DNA from: Podarcis melisellensis
Taxonomy: Eukaryota
Direction: 5' to 3' (one strand)
NCBI GenBank assembly: GCA_964234715.1
Contig: OZ174286.1
DNA length: 64,000 nucleotides
A program made the translations under genes and the position numbers. Shown here in pieces: positions 13,890 to 27,373 of the stretch (position 1 is its first letter; each line of letters starts with the position of its first letter). Under the pieces are notes generated by a model. The model was not told the origin of the DNA and made no database searches. It saw only the letters and a list, made by a program, of their open reading frames with translations.

Positions 13890-15166
13890 CTGAAGACAAA
13901 GAATAGGCAAAGGGTTATGAACAAGAGGCTTCATTTAAAACGCACTGATTAGCATGATACCATAATTAGCTGCCATCTAGCTCATCTCCCTCGAAGTTTA
14001 CTTCCATGTTCATTTTCTCTCTCCCTACTTTCTGCAGATTTTTAATATTATTATTATAAAAAGACCCCCATAATTTGCAGGTACATGCGAGAGCTTCTAA
14101 CGTTACACCCACATCTGGGCCTGTTTTACCCTTCTGCCTATAAAGGCTGACTCTTCGAGGGAAGTGACTAATGGATTACAAAGAGAACTCTGAGGTCTCA
14201 GTGGAAACCTGCATTGCTCCAGTGAGTGAGAACTTGATGTAAATTTGAACTATAAATTTCTTTGGGGGGAAATGTTTGCTTTTTAAACTTATCCCCATCC
14301 TCTTAACATTTTAAAATGTTTGCCAAGATGGGGGGGGGGGTAACTCTTGTAGAAAGGGTGGGGTGAGGACACATACAAATTCCCATAATCAAATTCAGGC
14401 CCCGCTCTCAGGCATTTTCTGAGGTCATGCCTGGTAGGAATTTGGCTACCACAAATCAGGAAAAGCACCCCCTGCTGGTTTCAGGAAGAAACTTCGAGGC
14501 TTTTCGATTCTCAACTTATTAACTCCTTCTTATCCAGTGTTTTAGATCAGCCTCTTCGTTTCGGGCCAGCCCTACAAGGGTTAGGTGAAGCAGTTCACTT
14601 TGGGCAGTGGAATTAAGGGGAAACTGATTTCTGAATGGGGAGACAAGCCTATTTTTTAAGTGTTGGCCATCGCAAAGGGGAAGAGGTGTCCTTTGGCAGC
14701 AAAACGTCTTAGGTTGGCAAGAATTTGGAATCAGTTTGTCAGTGTCAAGGTGAAGGCCTGTCTAAACCAGAAATCTTCACATTGGTATTTCAAGAGTCTA
14801 GCCCTCAGTGACTTGAAAATTCAATGACATATTTAGTAATTCAGCAGGGTGGTCACTTACAAGTCACCCAAAAAAGAGGGATGCCTCAGCAGCAACAAAA
14901 AAGGACACATATTTGCAGAAAATGTGCACATGTTGATTCATGTATAAATGCAATTTTTTACATAATTACTATTCTTAAATAGAAATACTCTATAAGGTCG
15001 CACTATAGCGGAAACACTGTGGCCAAGCAGCCTGTAAGACTCAGTCTGCTATAACTGTTGATGGGCTGCCTCAAGGCTCTGGCTCTCCATTCCCAGGACT
15101 TGGACCAGACAGCCCTTCAAACAGAGGACTGTCAGCACCATACTTCAATTAGAGGACTGTCCTATG

Positions 15167-15499
15167 CAGGGGCGTATGAAGGGGGATGCAGGGGTTGCGG
15201 TCCACCCCAGGTGTCATCCTTGAGGGGGGTGACAAAATGGCACACCACCGGGGGGGGGGGGCTGGCTGTGGGGCCTGGCCTGCAGTGCGCCTGAGCCACG
15301 CATTTCTCCTGGGAGTGACACGGTGGCTCGGGGCCCAGCGCTGTCTGACATGGCAGCATGGGGCTTGTGTCTGCCAGGTGGACTCTGTGGGCAGCTTGCA
15401 GTGCCACCCACCTGGACAAATCACTGCGCCACCCCCTGAGCGGATTGCCGCACCACGCCCCCACTGGTCTGGGTCTCGGAGCAGCTAGCTATGCCCCTG
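15167..15499. mobile_element. GC-rich TIR element (MITE, possibly PIF/Harbinger-like)
   Basis: CAGGGGCGTA...TATGCCCCTG inverted ends. Shares the AGCTAGCTGCTC end and a TGTCA..TGACA hairpin with 6439-6629. Superfamily uncertain. Confidence 0.65.
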
Positions 15500-16048
15500 G
15501 ACAAATTCAGATTGCACCTGCATGGAACTGACTGCAGAACGCCAGCTCCACAGCCTAAGAAGCCACATAGGACAGGACTGTCTGAATCCAAGATCTTCTG
15601 GTGGCACTAATGATGCAGGGAAGTAGCCCCATACTCCTGAGCATCCTTATGAGACTGATATATTTCAGATGTTATTTAAACACCATTTCTAATCAACAAA
15701 CAGCTACAAACCAATTCTGGATCATGGAGTTTCACCAAAGAGACAAAATCTAGGACCTTAGGGAAATATAGTGAGCAAGACCAGGCAGTAAGGCAATATT
15801 GTGAACAGCAGGTGCAAGGGCAATGTGATAATACTCAAGGTAGCACATCAGAAAGTCATGTCCACAAATTAAATGAGTAAAACTTATTTATGCAGTGTCA
15901 TCTTTGGAAGTTCCTTTTGCAAAATCTTTGTCCCCCACCCCACTCTTGTGGCTTCCAAACGGACCGTGAAAACTTTTTTAAAAAATCATCAAGACTTAAC
16001 TGCATTTTAATTTGATGATGTTGTTCTAATGCATTATTTTGATTTATT

Positions 16049-16299
16049 GAGAGCCAGTGTGGTGTAGTGGTTAAGAGTGGTAGTCTCATAATCTGGGGAA
16101 CCGGGTTCGTGTCTCCGCTCCTCCACAATCAGCTGCTGGGTGACTTTGGGCCAGTCACACTTCCGTGAAGTCTCTCAGCCCCACTCACCTCACAGAGTGT
16201 TTGTTGTGGGGGAGGAAGGGAAAGGAGAATGTTCGCCGCTTTGAGACTCCTTAAAGGGAGTGAAAGGTGGGATATCAAATCCAAACTCCTCCTCCTCTT
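16049..16299 (+). mobile_element. tRNA-derived Squam3-like SINE
   Basis: GAGAGCCAGTGTGGTGTAGTGGTTAAG head (Pol III A box), GGTTCG B box, CORE-like body and ATATCAAATCCAAACTCCTCC tail. The family name is from recall. Confidence 0.85.
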
Positions 16300-17169
16300 A
16301 TTGTACTATTTTAATGCTGGTTCTTATTTCACCCTATTTTGCTTGGCCTTAAAAGAGGTGGGAGATAAAAATAAAATAATCATAAATGGAAATCATTTAT
16401 GCAAATGACCATTTATGCAAATGTCAGTTTCTCTCTTCTGCTAAGCATCTTCTTTGAAACATATAAAGCAAAGACTGTGGTTCATTCTTCTAACAAGCCA
16501 AGGTATTAACCTGTCGCTCTCCAAAAATTGCTCACATCAGCCCCAGCTAGCACAGCTATTGATAAAGGATAATAGGAGTTGTAGTCCAATGATGTCCGAA
16601 GGACCGTAAGTTCCCCATCCTTGCCATATAGTTGCATAGGCCTTCTGGAACAGTTTCCTCCTTTCCAAGCAAAGTATCTCTTCCTGTATTCCAAACTTCT
16701 TGCTCAACAACATGTTCTTGGGAGTCTGGAGAGATTCACAAAAGAAACTTTCCCCTGAGTCCTAATACATTCAGTCTGGTGCGTTCTGCTGCCTGTAAAG
16801 AAGTCACAGGATGGTTTCCAGCCATTGTTAAACCATCTAGCACGCGATCCTTGCTTCTAACACTATGAATGTCAGATGCAAGTCATTCAGGCAGCGAGAG
16901 AGGGTTATAAACAAAAACCCAACAACCTTGGAACTTCCCTCACCACTCTGAATTAATCTCATTTATCTTGTATGGGTTTTACAGCACATGGAGCAGAGAT
17001 GCCTGTGAACTGAAAATCGGGGTGATGCTGCCCCAATTTCAGTGAACATGCATAGAGGGGGACACAGCCATGAGGAGGAGATAGGTCTTCATGGAAGGTG
17101 AGGGAGAGGCTATTTACAGCTAGTTCCTGGCTCCCACCCCTCCCTTGGCCAGGTTCCTGGTTGCTCATC

Positions 17170-18240
17170 CACCAGTCTATGAATGCTGTTGTTTAATGCC
17201 AAATCAGTATGCAATAAGATTTCACTCATCTGTGATTTGATTTTGGATGAGGGTGTTGATCTGGTGTGTATTACTGAGACCTGGGTGGGCAAACTGGGAG
17301 GAAATAATCTGACCCAGCTGTGCTCGCCCAGATACTTGGTACAGGCTGCAGAGATGGAGGGGGATTTGCTGTGGTTCATCTCCTTCACCTGGAAACCCCT
17401 CTGTTTTGAAGCTGGCTGCCAAGTAAACTAGGCTTGTTGCTGGTGTACCATCCAACCTGCTTCCCAGCAGCCCAGTTGGCTGGCCTCAGGTCTGGTGTTG
17501 GGGGAAACCAGAATGAGAATGACGTCAACATCTGTGTTGAGGACTTCATTGCCTCCATGAGGCTGTCTCAAGTTGTGTCAGCTGGCCTGACACACAGGTC
17601 AAGGCTTGGTGTTTGCTCTAGATGGAGGAAGGAGTGACCTGCAAATGGGCAGGCAAGATGAGGGGCAAAAAACTGGCCTTGACCCCAGCAAAACTGGGGT
17701 GTTGTGCCAAGGCTCAACAATTGGATGGGGTCATGCTCCTACTTAAGGAGCAAGTTCATTGTCTGGGGGTGCTCCTGGATCCATCTTGGTCACTAGATTC
17801 CCAGGTGACCTCAGTGGCTAGGAGTGTTTTTACCAGCTTCAACAATGGCTGTTTCTGGATGGGGTTAACCTGACCACTGTCATCCATGTGCTGGTAGCCT
17901 TCAGATAGGATTACAGTAATGTGCTCTATGTGGGGCTGCCCCTGAGGTTGATCCAGCAACTGCAGCTAGTGCAGAATGCCAAGACTTGACTGATCACTGG
18001 ACCAGAAGATCACCATCATATTATGGTGCTGTTGAAACATTTGCGCTGGCTATCAATTAGCTACTGAACTAAGTTCAAGGTGCTGGTACTAGTCTACAGA
18101 GCCCTGTGCAGCTCGGGGCCAGGATACTTAAAGCAGCAGCTTGCCCTTTATATACCCAACTGATTACTGTGCTCTTCAGGATGCCATCTCATAAAGAGGT
18201 CCCTTCTGCACAATGTTGGAAATGGGTCTTTGATGCTCGT
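17170..18240 (+). mobile_element. Degenerate, internally deleted L2-type LINE
   Basis: Endonuclease-like LFNAKSVCNK...CITETW (ORF 17183..17431), then LGVLLDPS and a decayed DY.N.LY.GLP...LQLVQNA...L.WL...FKVL.LVYRAL C-terminus, with many frameshifts. Confidence 0.75.
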
Positions 18241-20329
18241 CTTCCTTCTTGTGTTTCTCACTATTGATAATTTGGTGTCAGCTTCTTGTGAAAGAAGCAT
18301 GTCTTTTGTTTATGTAACTCCATAAAGCAGCATGTACACGAATCATCTACATATTAATTTCAGTGGAAGAATAATCCACAATATATGACTTCAGTTCGGA
18401 AAATGGGGGGGGGGGGAGAAACTGAATCACAGTTTATGCCTGATGGACCAAAGCAAATTAGCCAAACCTGGAATTAAAGTTTTGCCAAGCTGAATAATGC
18501 ATATCTGTTTGAAAGGGGAAAGACAATGGGATGATCTGATCATGCATTTTAGTTTGGCATTGAGATACACGTTTTTCAGAACAGAAGAAACTTAATGGTT
18601 ATAGTACTGAATCCATTTCCATGGCAATAAGTTCACTTCAAAAATTATTCTCTCTTATAGTTCATGTCTTCTAACTTAATATTATTTTACTCACAAAACT
18701 AGTATACCAGCTTGCTATATTAGACAGTCTATTCTGCAAAATTACTTCCAGCATTAACCAAAAGAAATGTAACTTGGCTGGACAAAAACAATATTGTTTA
18801 AGCTTCAGCTCTCTTCTTCTCTATACCTTAGATGCTGAAATCTTGCCTTTGGGATATTTGAGTTGTCCGCACACCTTATCAGAGCTCACCAATCTCAAAG
18901 GCAGAGTTGAAATGAGTTTCTAAAAGTATCTTTGGTTGTTCATTTGACCGCCTGGCTTTTAACCATTCTCACTGCAGAGCTTTCATAACTAGTCTTTCCC
19001 ATTGCTCAATAATCTTTCAACTGGAAAGAATTTGAAAGTTGCGTCATGGATTGATTCCTTCTACGAATCAATGTTTTGTGGCTGTCCTTTTTCTTCTGGA
19101 AAAGGCTAAGTAGAAAAATGAAGAAGCTGAAAATAATGACATGGAAATTTCTTTCCATTTATAAAGGAATCTCTCTGATCTAAGTCAGGAAGATGTTGAC
19201 ATTAGAGATGGCAGCAGCATCCAGAACTGTTGGCCCTCCTGAGTCTCCGCAGAGCTGTGAACTTCTCACTGAAACGATGACACATTTTTCCCAAGACAAA
19301 AACATTAAATTGGTACATTCTTTTCAAAACATCTATTTAAAAGGGCCAGCAGGACTTTAGACACTAGTTAAGAACAGACCACAGACAATGTGAATTTCAT
19401 AATACTCCAAGTGCCAGTAGAACTGATGTGCTGAATTCGTCAGGGTATTATAAAGAGATACAGCAGTGGTTCCAGGCTTCAATCTTTCGGGAACTCTGGG
19501 ATAACTCTAGACATTATATGTGTCTTTTTAGTATAACTGAAACTTGCTTTCATTGAGACCCTTGTGACAAAATTAATTAATTAATCATCAAGGTAATGCC
19601 TGAAACGAAAAGTTCAAATTGTATGTGTGCAAAGATTTGTATGTACAACCAGGACCTTGCAATATCCTAAATGAACACACAAACAAACAAATAAACATAA
19701 GAGACTCTTTTAGATCCTAGAGGGAGTTCTGGATGGAACTGCAGCCTTAGTTTCAAAAGCTGCCTACCTTCTGACTGGCTGAGCATCCTCAATATTACAA
19801 GTTAGTTATGATCTTCATCCAAAGATCACAGGGTGATTCACAACATAAAAATGCAAAATGAGAACACAAAATACACAATGTATAGTTGACTAAAGTAATT
19901 TGGAGGCTTGATTCAGCTTCATGTGCTCTGATATATTGTGTGTGTTTACTCTGGACAGCTCCTGCTTATATAGAAAATTCCCTTGTCATTGATAGGAAGC
20001 TCCAGGACATTTCACTGTTAGTAAAGGAACCTTTCTCATGCTTGTGAGACATCACAGTAGGGCAAAGAGAACCACCCTGAAAAATTGCCTGGGCCAGGAA
20101 CAACATAATATGTAGGCCAGCCCTTTGTCCCAGAAGTTCCTCCAAAGCTAGAACACCTGATGTCCAAGAGACCTTTTCTATGTGGAAATATAAAACAAGG
20201 TGATTTTGCACAAATAATACAATGTCAAGATTTTGCACAGCCTCGGAGATGGTTCAAAACATTCTGGAATCCAAGGCAGAAACATCCAAAATGGTTCTTC
20301 CAATGATGATAAACCTTATCCACACGAAA

Positions 20330-20703
20330 AGCTCTCCCTATACAAGGGGCAGTAGTATCCATGACAGATGGCCACCCGACCTCTGCTTAGAAACCTCCAG
20401 TGAAGGACTGTCTACCACCTTCCGTGGGAGCCCGTTCCACTGTCAAAACAGCTCTTTCTGTCAGACAGTTCTTTCTGATGTTTAGTTGGAATCTTTATTG
20501 TAACTGGAAGCCATTCCATGTGACAGCCCTTTAGATATTTGAAGATGGCTGTCACAGCTCCTCTCAGTCTCCTCTTATCCAGGCTAAACATACCCAGCTC
20601 TCTCAACTGTTCCTCATAAGGGTTGGTTTCTAGATCCTTGATAATCTTGGTTGCCCTCCTCTGCGCATGTTCCAGCTTGCCCATATCCCTCTTAAATTGT
20701 TGC
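20330..20703 (-). mobile_element. CR1 LINE 3' fragment
   Basis: [17 protein letters not shown]...[20 protein letters not shown]...FKYLKG is the CR1 ORF2 C-terminal signature. Confidence 0.85.
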
Positions 20704-20857
20704 TCTAAAATGACTCCCATGCTGTGCACCTGGTCCTTTAGGGGCACATTTACCTCATTCAGGACCAGGGAATCCCCCACACCTGTCCACCCCCTTTCCT
20801 CCAGAAACAGTCCTCCTGTCTTTTGGGGATTCAACCTCAATCCGCTGACCACCATCC
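20704..20857 (-). mobile_element. L2-type LINE RT fragment abutting the CR1 piece
   Basis: LRLNPQKT...[13 protein letters not shown] resembles the L2 stretch at 17670-17790. Confidence 0.6.
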
Positions 20858-23282
20858 AAAGAACGCTTTGGATATTTTGGGGAGGAGATTTCAGAACAGC
20901 CCTAACAATGTCAGTGAATGTTCTGCAGTGCTTGCGTGACTTTAGTCTTTGTATCTTTTACTTCACTCTTTTCTTGTGTGCAATCATTTAATTTATAAGG
21001 AATCTGCGGTGCCTGTTTTAATCTTGATTACAGAATTTTTTTGGGGGGGGGAGGTGAGTTCTTTACTAGGTGCGTATATAATATAAGAAAGGAAAAAAGA
21101 AAGGAAGAAATTATTCCTTCCCAATTGTCATATAAAGTATGCAAGCAATATCCTACCCGGTTTTATTTCATATTTGGTTCTGAATCTTACTTTCCCTAAC
21201 TCCCCCTTTGATTTTCATGCTCCCCCCACCTTCTGCTTGCTTTCATCCTTGCTCTTACTATGAAATCACATCCATATGATTTAAATTAGAACAGTTCAGT
21301 TTCACAGGAACAAAGCTGCAACTAGGAGCATGATGTGCCATAGAAGATCGCTCCCCTTACTGGTAGTTTTGACCTTGTTAACAAGTATGTGTGCGTCTTC
21401 ACACGGAAAGCCAAATAAAGAAAGACGTGTGCTAGGGCCAGTTCTGCTTCTATTAGCTATTTTGCCTTTGAGCCACATTAGCTACCATTTGTTTTCTGAG
21501 AGGTTCCTCCTTAACCCCTTTTTGCTCTTTCATGCTCATTTCAATCAGGACAGCAAAAATGATAATAAATACTTTTCTTTTATCTCCTCTGTCACCCCCC
21601 CGCACACACACCTCTAGTAATCTTTGAGAGTTCAGTCTATGAATGATTTTCTTTTTTAATCCCAATACTTCCAAATTATTGTTTTACTAGGAGATCCTAT
21701 GTTCAGCTTTTCAGAAATGAAATGTTCTCTATCTGCTAATGCTGAATGAATTCCAGAGTGGAAAAAGACTAATGCTACATTTGCACCATACATTTAAAGC
21801 ACATTTCGAGTACACCCCCCCTGCAAAGAATGCTGGGAACTGTTGTTTGTGGATGGTGCTGGAAATTTTAGCTCTGCGAAGGGTAAGCTTCAGTCCTCAG
21901 GGTTCTTTGGTGGATTGTGCTTTCAATCTATGGTATATAGGCAGCCTAATTTAATCTACCTTCTTTGAGAGAACCTCGTTTCGTGGTTCCCTCATTTTCT
22001 TCTTGATCTTGAACAGGCTGATCCCGAGATTGGCTGCAGAAACAAAAAAATGCCAGCCCTTACCCGCAGCGAGGGAGGCATGCTAAACCCCCTTGCATAC
22101 CACAGTGTTTCCAAGCCACAATATCCTGACAGCTGTCCAACAAGCTGAAGCCAAAATGTGCCACAGAAACCTCTAATGCCATAGGAGTTGCGGCTGCAGA
22201 ATATTGTAGGAGAAATTATGATCTCCTTGCCTAGAAAGGGGCTCTCTGGATCACAACCTAGATACCGGTACCCATATTTATAAGTGGCTCTTTTGCCTGC
22301 ACCCTATCCAGGAGATTCACTGTGGAGTTGGGGATCCAGTTCACGCAACAAGCCTCGTGACTTGCAAGTGCCCCCCTTTTGCCTACTTCCGCAAAGGAAA
22401 CAACTTTTCACATGCACAACACTTTCAACACCCATAGAGCTTTTCCCTTGGCTGAAAAGAGCAGCACACATATGAAGATGTACAGTTTGTGCCCTGGAAG
22501 CCATATAGTGCCTCAGATCAACTCAAATGTGTGCAATCCAATATCTTATATGTCGCCTTTTGGCAGGTGATTTCCTCTGTAATAGCAAGTACCGGGAGTG
22601 TTCTATTTCCACCCATTCCAGCTGAATGGCTGGATCATGGGCAATGTGTTTAAGGTTGGTGTGGCCATGTCTTCATTTCCATAAGCTGCCACAGAAGCAT
22701 CTTTTATGCTGGATGCACACTACAAATAAATATTTACTTATGCGGGTAAGTGTAAGTCCTTAGTGAGGCAAAAGAGAGGGATGGATTAACCAGAGGAGCA
22801 TGGGATGCAATGACTCTCAATGGTGCAAAAGACCCAATGAAACTGAGATTTCTTCAGCGGCAAGTAAAACGACTCCCTGAAAAGAATGGCTCAGAGGTTT
22901 CATACCTATTTCATTTGTTGATTGGTGAGCAAACAATCGCAAGCAGTTCCATGCCGTCATCAACCATTGAACATTTATTCTGGAAAAGCTAAGCTTTGTT
23001 CGCTCACTTTTAAAGAGGCAGCTGCATGACGCCATGAGAAAACCGTCTTCCTTCCCATGTGTTCCCCCCTCCAGTGTGTTTCACGCCCTCCCCCTAAGCT
23101 TAGAAGAAGAAAAATCTGACTTCTTAAAAACACAATGGAAAAGCTGTGCAATCTCTGCAGGTGTAGATGAGCCATCCCACACAGGTGTTCAATAGCTTTC
23201 TCAGATGATCATGGCTGGTACAGATGCCTCTAGTCCCTTCCTTATGATCTGTCCCTCCTCTCTAGATATATTTTGCTTAAAC

Positions 23283-23427
23283 CAGGCATGGCCAAACTCG
23301 GCAACTCCCATCATCCCTACAACTACAAACTACAATTCCCAGCATCCCCAGCTAACAGGACCAGTGGTCAGGGATGATGGGAATTGTAGTCCCAAAACAT
23401 CTGGAGGGCCAAGTTTGGCCATGCCTG
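23283..23427. mobile_element. hAT-type MITE
   Basis: TIR CAGGCATGGCCAAACT / AGTTTGGCCATGCCTG with a perfect 8-bp TSD GCTTAAAC (23275-23282, 23428-23435). Confidence 0.9.
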
Positions 23428-26400
23428 GCTTAAACCTTCACTTTTGCAAAAAAAAAAAACCCAACAAAATAAAACCCAACAACTTTAAGCTTCAGCCACA
23501 GGGAGAGGAGCACAATCGTGACTCAAACTGCAGTGAGGGGTGAGGGCGTGTTTAACCCTATCCTGCCATGCCATGGTGCTGCCAAACACTCCAATCTTAG
23601 CCTACGTTTGAGTCTGGGAAAGGGGGGATGTCCTCCTTGTTAGTGAGAACCATTTGGATTCTAGAGCCCTGGAAGCAGAGTTGCTGTTTTGTTTTCAGCT
23701 TGAAGCAGAATGATTAGAACAGCTAAATTGCCACGACTGGTGACACCCCCAGTGTTCGTTCCCCAAGGAAAAGTCTTATAAATGTCAGTATTTCTTATGC
23801 ACCTTTGAGATTTCCCCACTCCTTTGTTTGCAAATGCTTATTAAAGCAAAAGTGGAAGCGGAAGTAGCAGTTGGCACATTATAAAGCCAACCGGTTTCAG
23901 AACTAAAACACAGTAATGCTTGTTTGGTGGACACGGCACAATAATCCACTTTTTAGAAGTAGGGTAGATATAATCTACCTCCACTGCAGGGACTCCTCAC
24001 AGGAACTCCTCCTATGTTTCCAGAACACCTTGCATTCACTCATATTTTCCTAAACTAAGATATTAAACCAGATATAGGAGAACCAACGCTTTAGGGCATT
24101 AGGCCTCACTCTAAGGGTTTCCTCTTTAATTTGCACTTCAAAGAAGCATTAAGAATCCATTCTATCTGCAACGCACCTTAAACTTTGGTATCTTTCCCTT
24201 CCAAGGTGATTAAATAGCCCTTTTTTGTGAGAATCCCAACCTCAAAAAAAATATGGAAAGGCTTCCTTCACAAATCAAGCACAAACAAAATGTTTTGAAA
24301 ACTAATCACTCAGGGTTTTTTTGTGGGAGGGTTTTTAAAAAATGTTTTTTAAAGTAGAAATCTGACTTCTGTGTTGTAAGGAATGTCCACACATAGCACA
24401 GTGAAATTCAACACTGGNNNNNNNNNNNNNNNNNNNNNNNNNNNNNNNNNNNNNNNNNNNNNNNNNNNNNNNNNNNNNNNNNNNNNNNNNNNNNNNNNNN
24501 NNNNNNNNNNNNNNNNNNNNNNNNNNNNNNNNNNNNNNNNNNNNNNNNNNNNNNNNNNNNNNNNNNNNNNNNNNNNNNNNNGAGGCCCGGCCCAGCAGGC
24601 CAGTGGTGTGGCGAACACTTTTAGAACTTCAAACAATATCAAAGTCATTGAGAAATGNNNNNNNNNNNNNNNNNNNNNNNNNNNNNNNNNNNNNNNNNNN
24701 NNNNNNNNNNNNNNNNNNNNNNNNNNNNNNNNNNNNNNNNNNNNNNNNNNNNNNNNNNNNNNNNNNNNNNNNNNNNNNNNNNNNNNNNNNNNNNNNNNNN
24801 NNNNNNNNNNNNNNNNNNNNNNNNNNNNNNNNNNNNNAAGCCTCCAGCCAGCCAATGGCCTAAGGTACTGATAATTAAAACATTGTTGCCCCCTGCCTCT
24901 TGTGATTAAATATTTTCAAGCTTTTGTAAATAATTTTCCCATTCTTTGCCCCAAGCCTCAAAGGTCCAATACACCCAGCAATTTACTGAGCTTGTCAAGA
25001 AAATACCGCTGGAAATAAGGCTATAATAGAAAGGGAGGGGAAAGGAGAAACACACACACACAGAGCAACGTTTGGATTGTACTTCTGAAAGTGTTGTTTG
25101 ACGCATTAGCAAAATGTGCATAGGAAGTCTGGTATAGTTTTCTTCCCCCCACGCCCCCAATAATATTTTTATTTTGAAATCAGGCCAAGGATTCCATATC
25201 TATGAGGTCACTGGAGGAAATGTGCCGTGTGAATGTAACAAATAAATAAAATAATAAAGAAATATGCAGGGTATCTTAATTAAACAACAGGAAAGGAGTA
25301 GATCAATAGTATTTTAAATAAACAAACAAGCAACCTACATCAGATTGATTATTTTATGTTCTCCAAAACTGATAAATAAATGAGGGGTGACTATTTTATT
25401 TATTTACATTCTCCAGATAAAAAGAGAAAGGAGCATGGAAAAGAAAAACCAGGGAAGGAAGGGGTGGGGCAGGGAAGGAAGGAAAATATTAATCAGATTG
25501 TTTCTATCACAACATGTAACAAAACTGTGTTCTGGACCTTATCACTCCAATAATGGACAAACAAGCTCCACTTCTGCATAAATGAGTCATTTTGCTGTGT
25601 CCCTTCTCTTACTCTCTTAATATTAGCAAGCTTAATCATATAAAACCAATCGTCAGTGGTTGACAGATTCATCAGTAAATGTGCAGCTATTTCCCTATAA
25701 CCGAAGGTTTGGCACTTCCACATAGCCCAGAGATCCACAGGCAGCTCATAGCCAGGGATAATTTCATTTACTATCAAAACCCAATCGTTTCTTAGCTGGG
25801 GATAGGACCTTATATGAAATAAGATAGCACAAGCTGCAGCCCATGTCTAACAGCTGACTTTCCCGTTGACGTATATCCATCTTAATCTCTGTGGTATTAA
25901 ACACCACCAGAAAATCAACTTCTTTTTATCTCTGTAGAATGTTGGAAATGTTTCCATTTCCATCTTGTTTGTGAGATGATGGTATCCATCTCATTTTCTC
26001 ATTATCCCAGTATCTTATAGTATCTAGATAAGCTAGAATTTTATATAGTTGACTCAATATTCCTTTAACTGGCTTACCAGTCAGTATCATGTCAATTATG
26101 TGCAGTCCCTCAATGAACTATGCTTAGCCATTATGGAAGACACTACGTAAATACTGGGGAAATGGCATATGGGAAATGCATATTTCACCATCACCAATAA
26201 TTTGCCTGCAGATCTTTGTTAAACCATTTTCCAATAAATTTCTGGTCTCAATTAGACTGTAATCTCCCCAAATTTGTAAATTTCCTAATACCCATTTATC
26301 TGCCAGTTCCTTATTGTAATGAATATCTGATGTCATTTTAAGTTTGAATTGATTTATTGCATAATAGTTTCCATGAACTTATTTAATGCTGTGAATTTCC

Positions 26401-26604
26401 AACATAACCAAGCTCTGGAGAGTAATGAAATCATACCAGCTCTAGAATGGATTCTAAATTATATGTGCTTTAATCTTATGTCGTTGAGGGATGTGGCATC
26501 AAAGGAAACATGTTTTGGGAAGTACTTGTTCAAGGAGAAAAAAATTCAGGGCAACACCATGAGGTCTGGAAACCAAAGAATTGTGTGTAAAGGTGAAAGC
26601 AAAG

Positions 26605-27371
26605 TGTCAGGGTTTCTGGGAGAGAGGAGGAGATGACAGAGGAGACGGAGAGCGAGTGGGAGGAGGGGCAGAAGGATGAGGAAGAAGATGACGGAATTCT
26701 GAGGGAATCCACGAGTCTGAGCAGCGAGTCAGAGGATTCTCAAAAGGGGGTTACCTTAATCAAGCAAAAGGGAGGAGAAGGGAGAAGCGGAGAGGAGCCC
26801 AGTGGAAGACAGACGCAGCAAGAGGCGTCTCAGCCGGAACGGAGTAAAGGGGGTGGAGTCGTCAGCCTCTCGGAGGGAGCAGGATTAGGAGAGAACAGAG
26901 AAAGGGGGTTGGAGCAAGGTGTTCAGCCGGAAAGGGTGGAGAGCAGAACAAGGGGTGGTGTAGCGGTCGAAAGAAAGGTCAGCAGCAACGTACGCGCGCC
27001 AAGTTCAAACGTAGAGGCGCGCGGAAGTGGAGAGAGCTCAGGGGAGGAGCCCGGCCCTAAAGCCAGAAGGAGGGGGGAAGAGGCGGCAGAGGATTCAGCC
27101 TCAGGCGAGTCGCGGAGAGAGGGAACCCAGGGGGGCAGGAAGACCCTGCGGAAAAGAAAGGAGAGGAAGAGGTGGTCTAGAGCCAGGCTATTAAGTTGGT
27201 GTGGAAGAGGGGAGGAGTCAGAGGGGACTTCAGCGGTCTAACGTGACAGACGTACGGCCACGATGCTGAACTGTACGAGAAGCAGAAATCTTCAATAAAC
27301 TTTTCCTGTAAATAAACTGCAACGGAGTGAGGTCTCTTGTGAGCTGGGACCCGTCCTGGGTGGCCGTGACA
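26605..27371 (+). repeat. 5' LTR (767 bp)
   Basis: TG...CA termini. No difference from 32333-33099 seen by eye. TATTAA at 27189-27194; AATAAA at 27294-27299 and 27311-27316. Confidence 0.97.
27189..27230 (+). promoter_or_regulatory. Predicted LTR core promoter (TATA-like TATTAA, initiator TCA+1G; predicted TSS 27220)
   Basis: TATTAA lies 31 nt upstream of the A in TCAG. The predicted +1 coincides with the start of the 11-mer complementary to the PBS. Confidence 0.7.
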
Positions 27372-27373
27372 GT

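Noticed and set aside
16049-16130. tRNA genes at SINE heads (also 7928 and 48153)
   Set aside because: The A/B boxes continue into SINE bodies and tails, and no complete cloverleaf is evident.
20412-20855. 147-aa ORF as a novel gene
   Set aside because: A chance in-frame join of an L2-type RT fragment and a CR1 3' fragment, with no credible start.
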